Shown here: positions 1 to 8,783 of the stretch, piece after piece
Position numbering within the stretch: the first letter of the stretch is position 1
Layout: every line of letters starts with the position of its first letter
From: Nitrosopumilus sp.
Lineage (GTDB): Archaea; Thermoproteota; Nitrososphaeria; Nitrososphaerales; Nitrosopumilaceae
NCBI GenBank assembly: GCA_965249555.1
Contig: OZ252243.1
Location: 1,056,001 to 1,120,000, forward strand
Length of the DNA: 64,000 nucleotides
Direction of reading: 5' to 3'
The notes under the pieces: generated by a model
Told to the model about the DNA's origin: nothing
Database searches by the model: none
The model's input: the letters and a program-made list of their open reading frames with translations, nothing else
Made by a program: the position numbers and the translations under genes

Positions 1-194
1 AAATCCAGATATTTAGACAAAATATTATGATACTGTTTAGGAAAATCTTTTCCAACTACTGCAATTAATCCAGTATTTACAAAATTACTTGCAGAAATTG
101 CTGCAAAAGTTGCTCCTCCACCAAGAACATTTCGTAATATTTTTTTTGGGGTTCTAATTGTATCTAATGCAGCAGAACCAAAAACAGTAAGCAT
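1..194 (-). CDS. PfkB-family carbohydrate/nucleoside kinase, N-terminal part (runs off window start)
   Basis: Manual translation from ATG at 194: MLTVFGSAALDTIRTPKKILRNVLGGGATFAAISAS...VVGKDF. The G-S-x-x-x-D, GG and VGxD motifs are typical of PfkB N-termini. Not in the ORF track. Confidence 0.85.
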   Translation of the reverse strand, partial: MLTVFGSAALDTIRTPKKILRNVLGGGATFAAISASNFVNTGLIAVVGKDFPKQYHNILSKYLD

Positions 195-205
195 TTGAGA
201 AGGAA

Positions 206-658
206 TTAATTTTGATGTATAAATTCTCTTGCTTGTTCTTCTGTTGGATAATAAACAAATGGAACATCAATAGATGTAAAGAATATATCATATTTTGTTA
301 CTCCAGAAATTTTTATAGATTCAGATTCTTCATCAACGTTAGAATCTGTATAAAAAGTACCCTTGACATAACTACTATCTAATGGCTGTAGTATGAATGG
401 TTCTAACATACCTTTTCCCACCATTTCATTATTAGCAATAATAAAGAATTCAGTCTCGCCTGCAGTTAATATTAACAATGAAGGATTTTCAAATTGTACT
501 TCTATATTATAGTTTGAACCTTTTTCATTCTCATTCAATAATTCACTTTGAGTAATGCTTACTTCTATCTGAGATGCAGATGCATACTGTGAATATCCAA
601 AAATACTCATGCCTAGTACAAAGAGAACAATTAGACCTCCTTTTTTCGAAAATTTCAT
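206..658 (-). CDS. Membrane-anchored LEA_2/WHy-like domain protein
   Basis: N-terminal TM helix, then a beta-rich domain with an F-E-N-P-S motif; resembles the ORFs at 6105 and 38234. Confidence 0.55.
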   Translation of the reverse strand: MKFSKKGGLIVLFVLGMSIFGYSQYASASQIEVSITQSELLNENEKGSNYNIEVQFENPSLLILTAGETEFFIIANNEMVGKGMLEPFILQPLDSSYVKGTFYTDSNVDEESESIKISGVTKYDIFFTSIDVPFVYYPTEEQAREFIHQN

Positions 659-789
659 GATTAATTCTTGTAAAATTACCTTTTAACTCAAAAGGAAAAA
701 AATCCCAATAAATTGTGTAAAAGTTTTGATGTAATCTTAAATCTCCTTAGAGCTAACAAAATAAATCAAAATTTAATGACTGTTTCTTA

Positions 790-1275
790 TTGGCTAGAAT
801 TAAACTCAAACTTGGGGAAAATGAGATCGAAGTTGACTCTAGAGATTTCTATGTAGATAATCAAACACTAGGTGAAGTCATAGGTAGTATTTCACACCAT
901 TTACCAGAAAACCATGCAAAAATCGTGCATGAAACTGAATCTACCCAAAAATCAACTGAAGCTGAACATCCGGCTCAATATGGTTTGGATTATCTGGATG
1001 ATGCTGAAGTATATGAACCAGAATTTAATGAACCAAAATACATTACTCCTCATGAAATTAAATCAAAATTACGGATTTTAGAAACAAGTAGATTCTTTGA
1101 TTCTCCAAGAACAGTCACTGAAACGGTTGAACAACTCAGGGAATATGGCTGGGCTTCAGGTCCATTAGACGTATCAAAAGCTTTAGCAAAAATGGCATCA
1201 AGCAAAGAAATTCAGAAAAACTCTCATGAGAATAGAATGCATTATTTTGTTCAAGAATCATTAGTATCTAACTAA
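790..1275 (+). CDS. Hypothetical protein, possible C-terminal winged helix
   Basis: 161-aa ORF with TTG start; C-terminal FFDSPRTVTETVEQLREYGW...VSKALAKM looks like a wHTH. Confidence 0.55.
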   Translation: MARIKLKLGENEIEVDSRDFYVDNQTLGEVIGSISHHLPENHAKIVHETESTQKSTEAEHPAQYGLDYLDDAEVYEPEFNEPKYITPHEIKSKLRILETSRFFDSPRTVTETVEQLREYGWASGPLDVSKALAKMASSKEIQKNSHENRMHYFVQESLVSN

Positions 1276-1459
1276 CAGAATAATTACACTTTTCACAATT
1301 AGAAAAAGTTTCTCCAGCTAAATGATCAAAATGTATCTTACATTGGTTGCATGTATGATGCATATCAAAATATCCATCCTTCTCGACTTCTCCAATTCTA
1401 TTTGATTCAAGATCTGTACTTTTGCACTTTATACAATGACAACCGCACTCAATTTTCAT
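1268..1459 (-). CDS. Small Cys-rich zinc-ribbon-like protein
   Basis: From ATG at 1459: MKIECGCHCIKCKS...HHTCNQCKIHFDH...CEKCNY, with several CxxC pairs. Confidence 0.7.
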   Translation of the reverse strand: MKIECGCHCIKCKSTDLESNRIGEVEKDGYFDMHHTCNQCKIHFDHLAGETFSNCEKCNYSVS

Positions 1460-1505
1460 GATTTCTCTGCTAATGTATGTATAGTTTGAATACTTATACA
1501 AATCA

Positions 1506-1661
1506 TTGGAAAAGAAGAGGGTAGTACCAATAGAAATTGATGATCATTTCAAGCTCTATGGAAAGGAACCATGGGAAGTGGAATATGGTGAAAAATGCCC
1601 AGTCTGTAATGTTAGAATTGATGAATATGGTTTTTGTTCGTGTGGTTCTAGCGGAGATTAA
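1506..1661 (+). CDS. Small zinc-finger-like protein (51 aa), not in ORF track
   Basis: TTG start: MEKKRVVPIEIDDHFKLYGKEPWEVEYGEKCPVCNVRIDEYGFCSCGSSGD*, containing CPxC...CxC. Divergent from the 1459 gene. Confidence 0.7.
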   Translation: MEKKRVVPIEIDDHFKLYGKEPWEVEYGEKCPVCNVRIDEYGFCSCGSSGD

Positions 1662-2544
1662 ATTTTCTTATTAACGGTACAACAAGAATCATCAAAAACC
1701 CTATTGCTAATGGAGCAATTATTGGAAATTCAGGAATTACTGTGGTTCCCACTATTTTAATTTCTCCTGCAATATCAGGTTTTATGCTAATTCCAACATG
1801 AGTTCCATTTTTATTGAATTCATAAGATATAATTTTTTTATCGTCAAGAAATACTATATATGGTTCCCACAACAATTCTAATGGAATTACTGTGGAGACA
1901 AATCTATTTTCTTCAGAAACATCAAATATAATGCTCTTTGTTGGTTGATCAAAAATAAAATTATCAATATCAGAATAACTTCTAATTTCTACTACAAATT
2001 CTTTATCCTCCCATTTTATATTTTTAAAAACTTTTGGCTCATTAATAGAATATTCTAAAATCATTTGGCAACCATGACATGAAATTCCTTTTGTCGTATC
2101 AAAATAAACAGGATTTTTGTTTATAAATATTAAATCAACTTCGTCAGGAAAAAGAAAAGTAGTTAATTGAACATATAGAAAATCCCAAGTCCATACGCCA
2201 TCTTTTTGATTTAGTACATGATCAAGATCGTACTCTATAATGGAATTTCCTTGAGATGGCAGAATAAGCACTCCATTATTATTTCCAATAACTGTTAATT
2301 GTTTTTCTTTTCCTTGTTCATTTGTTATTGAAAGATTTGAAACAGTTCCATTAATCAATTCAATTTGAGTTGGAACATTTGACTGAAGAACAGCATGTTT
2401 GACATGAACATCACCTACGGAATTTATAATAACTTCTACGGATTTTTGTACAGCTTTTTCACCAATTGAAAATTGGGCATCAGCTATAGGAATAACGGAT
2501 ATCAGCAATAAAATTACTAAAAATCCGAAAATTTCTGTATTCAT
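1648..2544 (-). CDS. Secreted surface protein with PEF(G)-CTERM-like sorting signal
   Basis: Signal peptide ending ADA-Q; C-terminal IPEFP plus TM helix plus RK tail. Confidence 0.75.
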   Translation of the reverse strand: MNTEIFGFLVILLLISVIPIADAQFSIGEKAVQKSVEVIINSVGDVHVKHAVLQSNVPTQIELINGTVSNLSITNEQGKEKQLTVIGNNNGVLILPSQGNSIIEYDLDHVLNQKDGVWTWDFLYVQLTTFLFPDEVDLIFINKNPVYFDTTKGISCHGCQMILEYSINEPKVFKNIKWEDKEFVVEIRSYSDIDNFIFDQPTKSIIFDVSEENRFVSTVIPLELLWEPYIVFLDDKKIISYEFNKNGTHVGISIKPDIAGEIKIVGTTVIPEFPIIAPLAIGFLMILVVPLIRKFNLR

Positions 2545-3021
2545 TTATTCCACAGTTACACGAATCATTTGTGCTTTTTCTAAAGGGCAATCATTGCCAT
2601 CTCTTTCAAGATTTACAATTTTATCTGCAATATCCATGCCTTCTGTCACTTCACCAAATACAGTATATTGTCTATCAAGAAATGTGCTATCAGCAGCTAC
2701 TATGAAAAATTGTGAGCCTGCACTGTCTGGATCTTGTGATCTAGCCATGGAAACTATGCCTCGCAAGTGAGATCTTGAACTAAATTCAGCCTTGATATTA
2801 TATCCTGGTCCTCCTGTTCCCCATGAACCTTTGTTATCGGTTTTTGTATTTGGGTCACCACCCTGAATCATAAATCCAGGAATAACTCTATGGAAAAGAG
2901 TCCCATCATAGAATCCGTCTCTGGCTAATTTTTCAAAATTTCTTACTGTCTCTGGTGCCAATTCAGATATAAGTTTAAATGAAATTTTCCCAAAACTGGT
3001 TTCAATATTTGCTGTAGTCAC
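2545..3021 (-). CDS. Cyclophilin-type peptidyl-prolyl cis-trans isomerase
   Basis: FYDGTLFHRVIPGFMIQGGDP, SMAR...SAGSQFFI and YTVFGEV motifs. Confidence 0.95.
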   Translation of the reverse strand: MTTANIETSFGKISFKLISELAPETVRNFEKLARDGFYDGTLFHRVIPGFMIQGGDPNTKTDNKGSWGTGGPGYNIKAEFSSRSHLRGIVSMARSQDPDSAGSQFFIVAADSTFLDRQYTVFGEVTEGMDIADKIVNLERDGNDCPLEKAQMIRVTVE

Positions 3022-3268
3022 TAAAATCTATCTATTATCTTATCATAAGAGTCTTTTGTGAAAATCTCTTTTAAAATTTTTATACATATTTTAAGTATGT
3101 TGAAAAATTTATAATTATTAATATATATTTTATTGATAAATTTATCGTTAAAGACTTTGAGAATTTTTATTTTTTTTAAAAAGTAAAAGATCTGACTTTA
3201 TTAGATATGTTATTTTGTAAATCTCAGAAGTTATAGTCTTATATAGAACAAATAAAATTTAGAATTCG

Positions 3269-3499
3269 TTGAATCGTACAAACCAAAGCACGGTAATTAA
3301 AGAAGCGATTAATTCTTATCTTGACAAGGGGGTAACTGACAAACAGGATATCTATACCAAAGTTGTTGATGAACTTGGTGTTCCAAGACCAACTGTAAGG
3401 AGAGTTGCAAGAGATCTGAGAACTGAATTACTACAAAAGATCCAAATCTTACAATCTGATGTGCCTAAAATAACGACTACCTCTGAGAAAGACGAATAA
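3269..3499 (+). CDS. Small HTH-like hypothetical protein
   Basis: VVDELGVPRPTVRRVARDL is HTH-like; TATA-like element near 3238 and a T-rich tract downstream. Confidence 0.6.
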   Translation: MNRTNQSTVIKEAINSYLDKGVTDKQDIYTKVVDELGVPRPTVRRVARDLRTELLQKIQILQSDVPKITTTSEKDE

Positions 3500-3584
3500 A
3501 TTCGGCTCTTTTTTCTTTTTAATTTTATTATTTTATGATTTTTAGCATTACTGTTATAAACAATGATTTTTTCAAATTAGTTAT

Positions 3585-3818
3585 ATGGGATATTTCTATA
3601 ATCACTTGGCAACTCTTGTAACTGGAGTTTTTGCTGCAGTACTAACAGGACTTTGGCCATATTTTATTGACTTTGCACCAGATATGAATACTATTTTCAT
3701 CATATCAGTCACTGTTACATGGTTTCTTACATTGATGTGTTGGTTATCCCAAAAAAGTACTGATTACATGCATAAACAATCATCAGCACACGCTGACATC
3801 CAAAAAAAGCTTGAGTAA
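3585..3818 (+). CDS. Small two-TM membrane protein
   Basis: Two hydrophobic segments; TTATAAA about 25 nt upstream. Confidence 0.65.
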   Translation: MGYFYNHLATLVTGVFAAVLTGLWPYFIDFAPDMNTIFIISVTVTWFLTLMCWLSQKSTDYMHKQSSAHADIQKKLE

Positions 3819-4065
3819 TACACAAACCATTGTTACTACAACTTCAGGCAACCAAGTCAATCTTTCTGAAATCAAACAAATTCAAAATGAATTATCTTCT
3901 GAACTAAATGACCTTAAAGATTCTGTAAAACTAAAAGACAGTGAAATTGATAGATTAAATCAAGAAATTTCTAACCTGCAAACTCTTGTTCAGATTGAAT
4001 CGCTAAAAACTGAATTAGCTAATTTGAAAGTACTAGCTTCTGAAAGAAAAACTAAGAGTAAATAA
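3811..4065 (+). CDS. Small coiled-coil protein
   Basis: Heptad Leu/Ile pattern; overlaps the upstream gene by 8 nt. Confidence 0.6.
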   Translation: MSNTQTIVTTTSGNQVNLSEIKQIQNELSSELNDLKDSVKLKDSEIDRLNQEISNLQTLVQIESLKTELANLKVLASERKTKSK

Positions 4066-4067
4066 TC

Positions 4068-4187
4068 TTAATCTTCACAATGGCAACATGCCTCACCATG
4101 ATTATTCTTACAACTAGGACAACTTACAGCACCACCATAATGGCATTTACATGAACACAATTCAGTTGGATCTTTTTTCAAACTCAA
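4068..4187 (-). CDS. Metallothionein-like Cys/His-rich micro-protein (39 aa), not in ORF track
   Basis: TTG start: MSLKKDPTELCSCKCHYGGAVSCPSCKNNHGEACCHCED*, with 8 Cys and 3 His. Confidence 0.6.
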   Translation of the reverse strand: MSLKKDPTELCSCKCHYGGAVSCPSCKNNHGEACCHCED

Positions 4188-4365
4188 TAGTATAATTCCT
4201 ATGTCATGTTAATATTTTATGTTTGAAAATAAATGAATTAGAATAAATTTTTTATTCTAAATACAGAGTTATTCTATAATACTAAATCTAATTTTTGCAA
4301 GTATTATTATGGATAATTTGTAAATTCTAAAATTTTTTTAATACACATTTTTGATAATGATAAAT

Positions 4366-4464
4366 ATGTTAGAGAAAATAATTATTGAACATTACTTTAC
4401 TCAAACTATTGTAAATGAAGATGGTTCTTATGAATACAAATTCAGAGTACTAAACTTACACTAA
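4366..4464 (+). CDS. Possible 32-aa ORF or gene remnant
   Basis: MLEKIIIEHYFTQTIVNEDGSYEYKFRVLNLH* in an otherwise AT-rich spacer. Confidence 0.25.
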   Translation: MLEKIIIEHYFTQTIVNEDGSYEYKFRVLNLH

Positions 4465-4527
4465 GATTAATTCAAAAATATTTTTGATATAGTTATACTG
4501 TCAAACTCTTCATAGAATATTTACAGT

Positions 4528-5058
4528 TTAATCTTGTTGCAATTTAGAAGCAATTTCCAAAGTTTCATCTACCATTTCTTTTAGTCTATTTTGTGCATTT
4601 ACATCTGAGACAGAATTATCAGTAAAAGCTTCTGTGGTTAGAAACACAGCTTTAGGATTTGCTACTACTCTAAAGTATGATAATAATTGTGTGACTAATG
4701 TTTGGACATCAGTAAAACCAATATTTCCAGAAGCTAAAATTGCCATTCCAGCTACCTTTCCTGCAGTTTTTTTATAGTTGATATATTCAAACAAATTTTT
4801 CAATGCTGCACTAAAAAACGAATTATAGATAGGAGTTCCTATTATCCAAACATCAGCATCTGTAATGTCATTTGCAGCTGTGTTTGTAGCCTCATTGTAT
4901 TCTTCACCGTATCCTCTATAGCATTCAATTTGACCATCTGAAAGATTAATTAATTTTGTATCTTGGTTTTTTGATTTGGTATAATCATAAACATACTTCA
5001 TCATAACTTGTGTAACCGCATTTTTTCTTGGGCTTCCAGAAATAACTACAACTTTCAT
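4528..5058 (-). CDS. NAD(P)H-dependent FMN reductase (flavodoxin-like)
   Basis: ISGSPRK and ADVWIIGTPIYN...ALKN motifs. Confidence 0.9.
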   Translation of the reverse strand: MKVVVISGSPRKNAVTQVMMKYVYDYTKSKNQDTKLINLSDGQIECYRGYGEEYNEATNTAANDITDADVWIIGTPIYNSFFSAALKNLFEYINYKKTAGKVAGMAILASGNIGFTDVQTLVTQLLSYFRVVANPKAVFLTTEAFTDNSVSDVNAQNRLKEMVDETLEIASKLQQD

Positions 5059-5110
5059 ATTCTCAGCAATCTATCTTTGTATATAAATTCCCATGAGTTT
5101 TAAAATTTAA

Positions 5111-5202
5111 CGGGCTTGGAGGGCTTCGATCCCTCGACCTGTACCTTAGGAGAGTACCACGCTATCCATGTTTCGCGTCAAATGACTCTGCGCCACAAGC
5201 CC
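5111..5202 (-). tRNA. tRNA-Arg(CCT) with a 17-nt non-canonical D-loop intron (5171-5187)
   Basis: Reverse complement folds as GGGCTTG acceptor, GCGC D-stem, GTACT-CT-CCT-AA-GGTAC anticodon arm and GAGGG-ATCGAAG-CCCTC T-arm. Removing AGTCATTTGACGCGAAA gives a 75-nt tRNA with a normal AGCATGGATA D-loop. Confidence 0.9.
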
Positions 5203-5227
5203 AGTAAAAAAAAACACTCTTAATTAT

Positions 5228-5938
5228 TTAAGCGTAATCAAGATTACCTTTGATCATTTCTTTAACTCCATTCCAATTTTTATTTTCTTTGTCGTTCCAT
5301 TTTTCGAAATACACAACATCTTTTAGATCAAGTCTTGGTAACCAATTTGCAGTCTCAAGATCTGGTTTTTCTGCAAATTCATCAACATATCCTAAACACA
5401 AGTATGCAACAGGAATAACATGTTCTGGTAATTCCAGAGTTTCTTTTAGAGTTTCATTTGAAAGAATACTTACCCAACCAAGACCTACTCCTTCCGTTCT
5501 TGCTGATAACCATAAATTTTGGATTGCACAACATACACTGTATAGCCCTGCTTCAGGTATACTTGATCTGCCAATAACAAAAGGACCAAATTTTGTAGGA
5601 TCATATGTTACACAAAGATTTACTGGTGACTCTAAAATTCCCTCTAGCTTGAATGAAAGATATTTTGATTTCTTTGGCTCTTCAACTAATTTTGATGAAC
5701 GATCTTTTTCTTCCTCAAAAGATTCTTTTATTTTCTTTTTTGTTTCAATATCTTTTATCAAGATAAAATTCCATGGTTGAGAAAATCCTACTGATGGGGC
5801 ATGATGTGCAGCATGCAGTATTTTTGATAAAATATCGTCTTCTATGGGTTTTGAGATAAAATGAGATCTTACATCTCTTCTTGAATAAATTGCCTTATAG
5901 AAGCCTCTTTTTTCTTCTTCAGTAAAATCATCTGTCAA
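5228..5938 (-). CDS. bluB: 5,6-dimethylbenzimidazole synthase (nitroreductase fold)
   Basis: AIYSRRDVRSHF, AAHHAPSVGFSQPWNF and YSVCCAIQNLWLSARTEGVGLGWVS match BluB. Confidence 0.9.
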   Translation of the reverse strand: MTDDFTEEEKRGFYKAIYSRRDVRSHFISKPIEDDILSKILHAAHHAPSVGFSQPWNFILIKDIETKKKIKESFEEEKDRSSKLVEEPKKSKYLSFKLEGILESPVNLCVTYDPTKFGPFVIGRSSIPEAGLYSVCCAIQNLWLSARTEGVGLGWVSILSNETLKETLELPEHVIPVAYLCLGYVDEFAEKPDLETANWLPRLDLKDVVYFEKWNDKENKNWNGVKEMIKGNLDYA

Positions 5939-6020
5939 CTATTTCACACTTTTTTCCTTTTTATTCATCCTTTCTTTTGTTAAACGTTAATAATGCCAGC
6001 ATCTAGTCTTGTTTTTCAAT

Positions 6021-6094
6021 GGGCCGGTAGTCTAGCTGGTTAGGATACCGCCTCGACACGGCGGTGATCGTGAGTTCGAATCTCACTCGGCCCA
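6021..6094 (+). tRNA. tRNA-Val(GAC)
   Basis: Cloverleaf GGGCCGG...CCGCC-TC-GAC-AC-GGCGG...GTGAG-TTCGAAT-CTCAC-TCGGCCC-A, followed by a T-run. Confidence 0.92.
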
Positions 6095-6104
6095 CTTTTT
6101 TTAG

Positions 6105-6599
6105 TTAAAACCCTGCTTTGAATTCTTTTTCAATAGTCATCCATGAAGATTGAGTGGTAATACTTCCTTCTGTTGAAAAACTAGTGATTCTATTTTCTAT
6201 GGCATCTTGATAAATTTCTGAATTAACTTCAGATTTTTCAAGAACAAATACATTTTTCAAAGGAAGTTCTACACCTGGAAAAAATGCAGCTCTTCCTGGC
6301 ATTGAAATATCTTCTGTAGAATATTTTCCTGAACCTAGTAGTATTCCATCACCGTAAAGCTGGTATCCAATTAGTGGAACTGTGAATGTTTTATCACTTG
6401 GATTCTTTACAAGAAATGTAACATCAAATTTTACTTGATTATCTATTGTACTAACATCTCTTAGTTCTACATTTATTAATTCAATCTCAACTTGCTCAAT
6501 CTGCACGGAATCGAGATTGCCATAGTAAAAAATTCCTCCCATCAAAGCTAAACATCCAGCTAATGCCACATAAATTATCATCTTGCTTTGAAGTACCAT
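6105..6599 (-). CDS. Membrane-anchored LEA_2/WHy-like domain protein
   Basis: N-terminal TM; FLVKNPSDKTFTV...YQLYGDGILLGSG pattern. Confidence 0.6.
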   Translation of the reverse strand: MVLQSKMIIYVALAGCLALMGGIFYYGNLDSVQIEQVEIELINVELRDVSTIDNQVKFDVTFLVKNPSDKTFTVPLIGYQLYGDGILLGSGKYSTEDISMPGRAAFFPGVELPLKNVFVLEKSEVNSEIYQDAIENRITSFSTEGSITTQSSWMTIEKEFKAGF

Positions 6600-6681
6600 T
6601 TCAATGCTATCAGATTATGTACAACTAAAAAAGGTTGTTAAGATCCAAATACATAATATTTGATTCCAAATATGATATTCT

Positions 6682-7179
6682 ATGACTGTACTAGAGCAAG
6701 CAATTCTCACTTGGATTCATCTTATTGCAGCTGCAATATGGGTTGGCGGTTCACTTTTCATTGGACTTGTATTCTCTCCACTTCTAAAAACAATGACTAA
6801 TTCTCTTGAAGAAAGAATGAAAATAATGATTCGTGTTGGAAAACGATTTAACAAAATTGCTGTTCCATCATTGATTATTTTAATGGCAACTGGATTGTAT
6901 AGTTCTCATGTATTGCTTGGTAAACCTGAACTTCTTGTCTCAACAAGTTATGGGACATTTTTAATTATTAAGATAATTCTTGTCATTGCACTAGTAATTA
7001 CATATGCAGTACATGTTAGAGTAATTCGTAAAGATGTTGAAGAAAAAATTATGTCTAATCAAATGTCAGAGTCACAAATTCAAAAATTAAGAAAAAAAAT
7101 CATTATTCTTGGGGAAGTGACAGTATTTTTATCAGTAGCAATTCTGTTTTTTGCATCATTACTTGATGCTGGAGTTTGA
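6682..7179 (+). CDS. CopD/DUF4149-like four-TM copper-resistance membrane protein
   Basis: WIHLIAAAIWVGG, ATGLY and YGTFLIIKIIL motifs; the same motifs occur in the CopD domain of the 58035 gene. Confidence 0.8.
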   Translation: MTVLEQAILTWIHLIAAAIWVGGSLFIGLVFSPLLKTMTNSLEERMKIMIRVGKRFNKIAVPSLIILMATGLYSSHVLLGKPELLVSTSYGTFLIIKIILVIALVITYAVHVRVIRKDVEEKIMSNQMSESQIQKLRKKIIILGEVTVFLSVAILFFASLLDAGV

Positions 7180-8184
7180 GGTTCCTTCAATAATTACTTC
7201 AAATCCATTAGTTAATTTCCCAATTCCATATTTACAACCTGTAATTTTTGATGTTACAAACAAATTTGTCTCCAGGTGTTTTGTAATCTCTCTAACCTGA
7301 AATGTTGTTTTTTTCTCACCCAAACTTGCAGGAACTACAAGCATGTCTGCTAAATTCTCATCTACCCCTAGTGAATTTTTAACAAATTCATCAAAATCTA
7401 AATCAAATCTTTGTGTTTTTTTATTAAACAATGCATCAACTCCTATAATCGAATATTCATCAATACTGTAAATTAACAAAGATGCTCCTGAATCTATTGC
7501 TTGTTGATTTTTAATTTCTGTTTCAACAATAAAATTTTCTTTAATTAATTTTTCTTTAATTTCTTCAACTTGATTTTTGATTTTTTCAATTGAAAGTTTT
7601 GAAAATGTACAAATTAGTTTAACAGAATTTGTTTTTCTTTTTGTAAATGATACTTGTTTTACATGAGATGGGTATACTTGTAAATTAATTTCTCCACCTC
7701 CTTTTGGATAGTATCCTCGTTTGCTCAATTTAACTGAAAATTCTATTCCCATTCTTGAATATGCTTCTCTTAGTACATGTTGAGTATAATCAATAGAAGG
7801 ACTCCAAAGCACATCTGTACCTCCTTTAATTGTTAAATTGAGTTTTTTTTGGGAAATAGCAACTACAGGAATTAAAACTTGTAAAATTAAAGAAATACTT
7901 CCAGCTGTTCCTACATCTTCAACTAGTTCTAAACTTTCAATATTGCTTGGAATGAACTTTAATTCAGTAGAGCCAATCTCTGCTCCAATGACTTTAGCAT
8001 TTGCAATTTTTTGAAGAATTTTTATCGCTGTGAGATGTTGTGGTCTTAATCCTGAAACCTTTCTGTTCTTTCTTATATCTTCTAAATGAATTGGTTGTTT
8101 TGTAATACACGAAAGTGCAATTGCTGAACGTATTATTTGTCCTCCTCCTTCACCAAATCCTCCATTAATTTTTAGAAAATCCAC
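7159..8184 (-). CDS. rtcA: RNA 3'-terminal phosphate cyclase
   Basis: GEGGGQIIRS, GLRPQHL, GGTDV, RGYYPKGGG and the catalytic HLETN. Confidence 0.95.
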   Translation of the reverse strand: MDFLKINGGFGEGGGQIIRSAIALSCITKQPIHLEDIRKNRKVSGLRPQHLTAIKILQKIANAKVIGAEIGSTELKFIPSNIESLELVEDVGTAGSISLILQVLIPVVAISQKKLNLTIKGGTDVLWSPSIDYTQHVLREAYSRMGIEFSVKLSKRGYYPKGGGEINLQVYPSHVKQVSFTKRKTNSVKLICTFSKLSIEKIKNQVEEIKEKLIKENFIVETEIKNQQAIDSGASLLIYSIDEYSIIGVDALFNKKTQRFDLDFDEFVKNSLGVDENLADMLVVPASLGEKKTTFQVREITKHLETNLFVTSKITGCKYGIGKLTNGFEVIIEGTSNSSIK

Positions 8185-8231
8185 CGTTTTTTAATAATTA
8201 GAACTCTTTATGATAGTTTTTTAAAAAGAAA

Positions 8232-8741
8232 TTGTCTATATTTTGTATGAACGGTTTGTTGATTGGAAGATTCCAACCTTTTCACTTGGGACATCTTGAA
8301 GCATTACAATTTGCACTATCAAAAGTTGATAAATTATGGGTAGGTTTGGGCAGTTCTAATCAACCCGCACAAAAAAACAATCCTTTCTCTGCTGAGGAAC
8401 GAAAAGAGATGATTCTATCTTCAATTGATAATTCAATAAAAGAGAGGATTTCAATTTACTTTATTCCGGATTTGGATAATCATATCAAATGGATTGAAAA
8501 AATAGATACAATTGTTCCAAAATTTGATATCGTTTTTTCAAACGATGAATTAACAAAACATCTGTATTCAAAGATGGCTGTTCAAATAGTTTCTATTCCA
8601 TTCTTGAAAAGAGATGTATTATCTGGAACTAAAATTCGGGAATTAATTACCAGCGATCAAAAATGGGATGATCTTGTTCCTGAGTGCACAAAAAATTTTT
8701 TGATTAACGTTAATGCAAAAGATCGTTTGAAAAATCTCTAA
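8232..8741 (+). CDS. nadM: Nicotinamide-nucleotide adenylyltransferase (NadM type); start probably ATG 8247
   Basis: GRFQPFHLGH (HxGH), NPFSAEER and SGTKIR. Confidence 0.9.
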   Translation: MSIFCMNGLLIGRFQPFHLGHLEALQFALSKVDKLWVGLGSSNQPAQKNNPFSAEERKEMILSSIDNSIKERISIYFIPDLDNHIKWIEKIDTIVPKFDIVFSNDELTKHLYSKMAVQIVSIPFLKRDVLSGTKIRELITSDQKWDDLVPECTKNFLINVNAKDRLKNL

Positions 8742-8783
8742 TTATAAATAAACCCAATATCTCACTGACATCGTAGATTACAA

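Noticed and set aside
5111-6094. Integrated element at the tRNA genes
   Set aside because: No integrase and no duplicated tRNA 3' end were found in the window.
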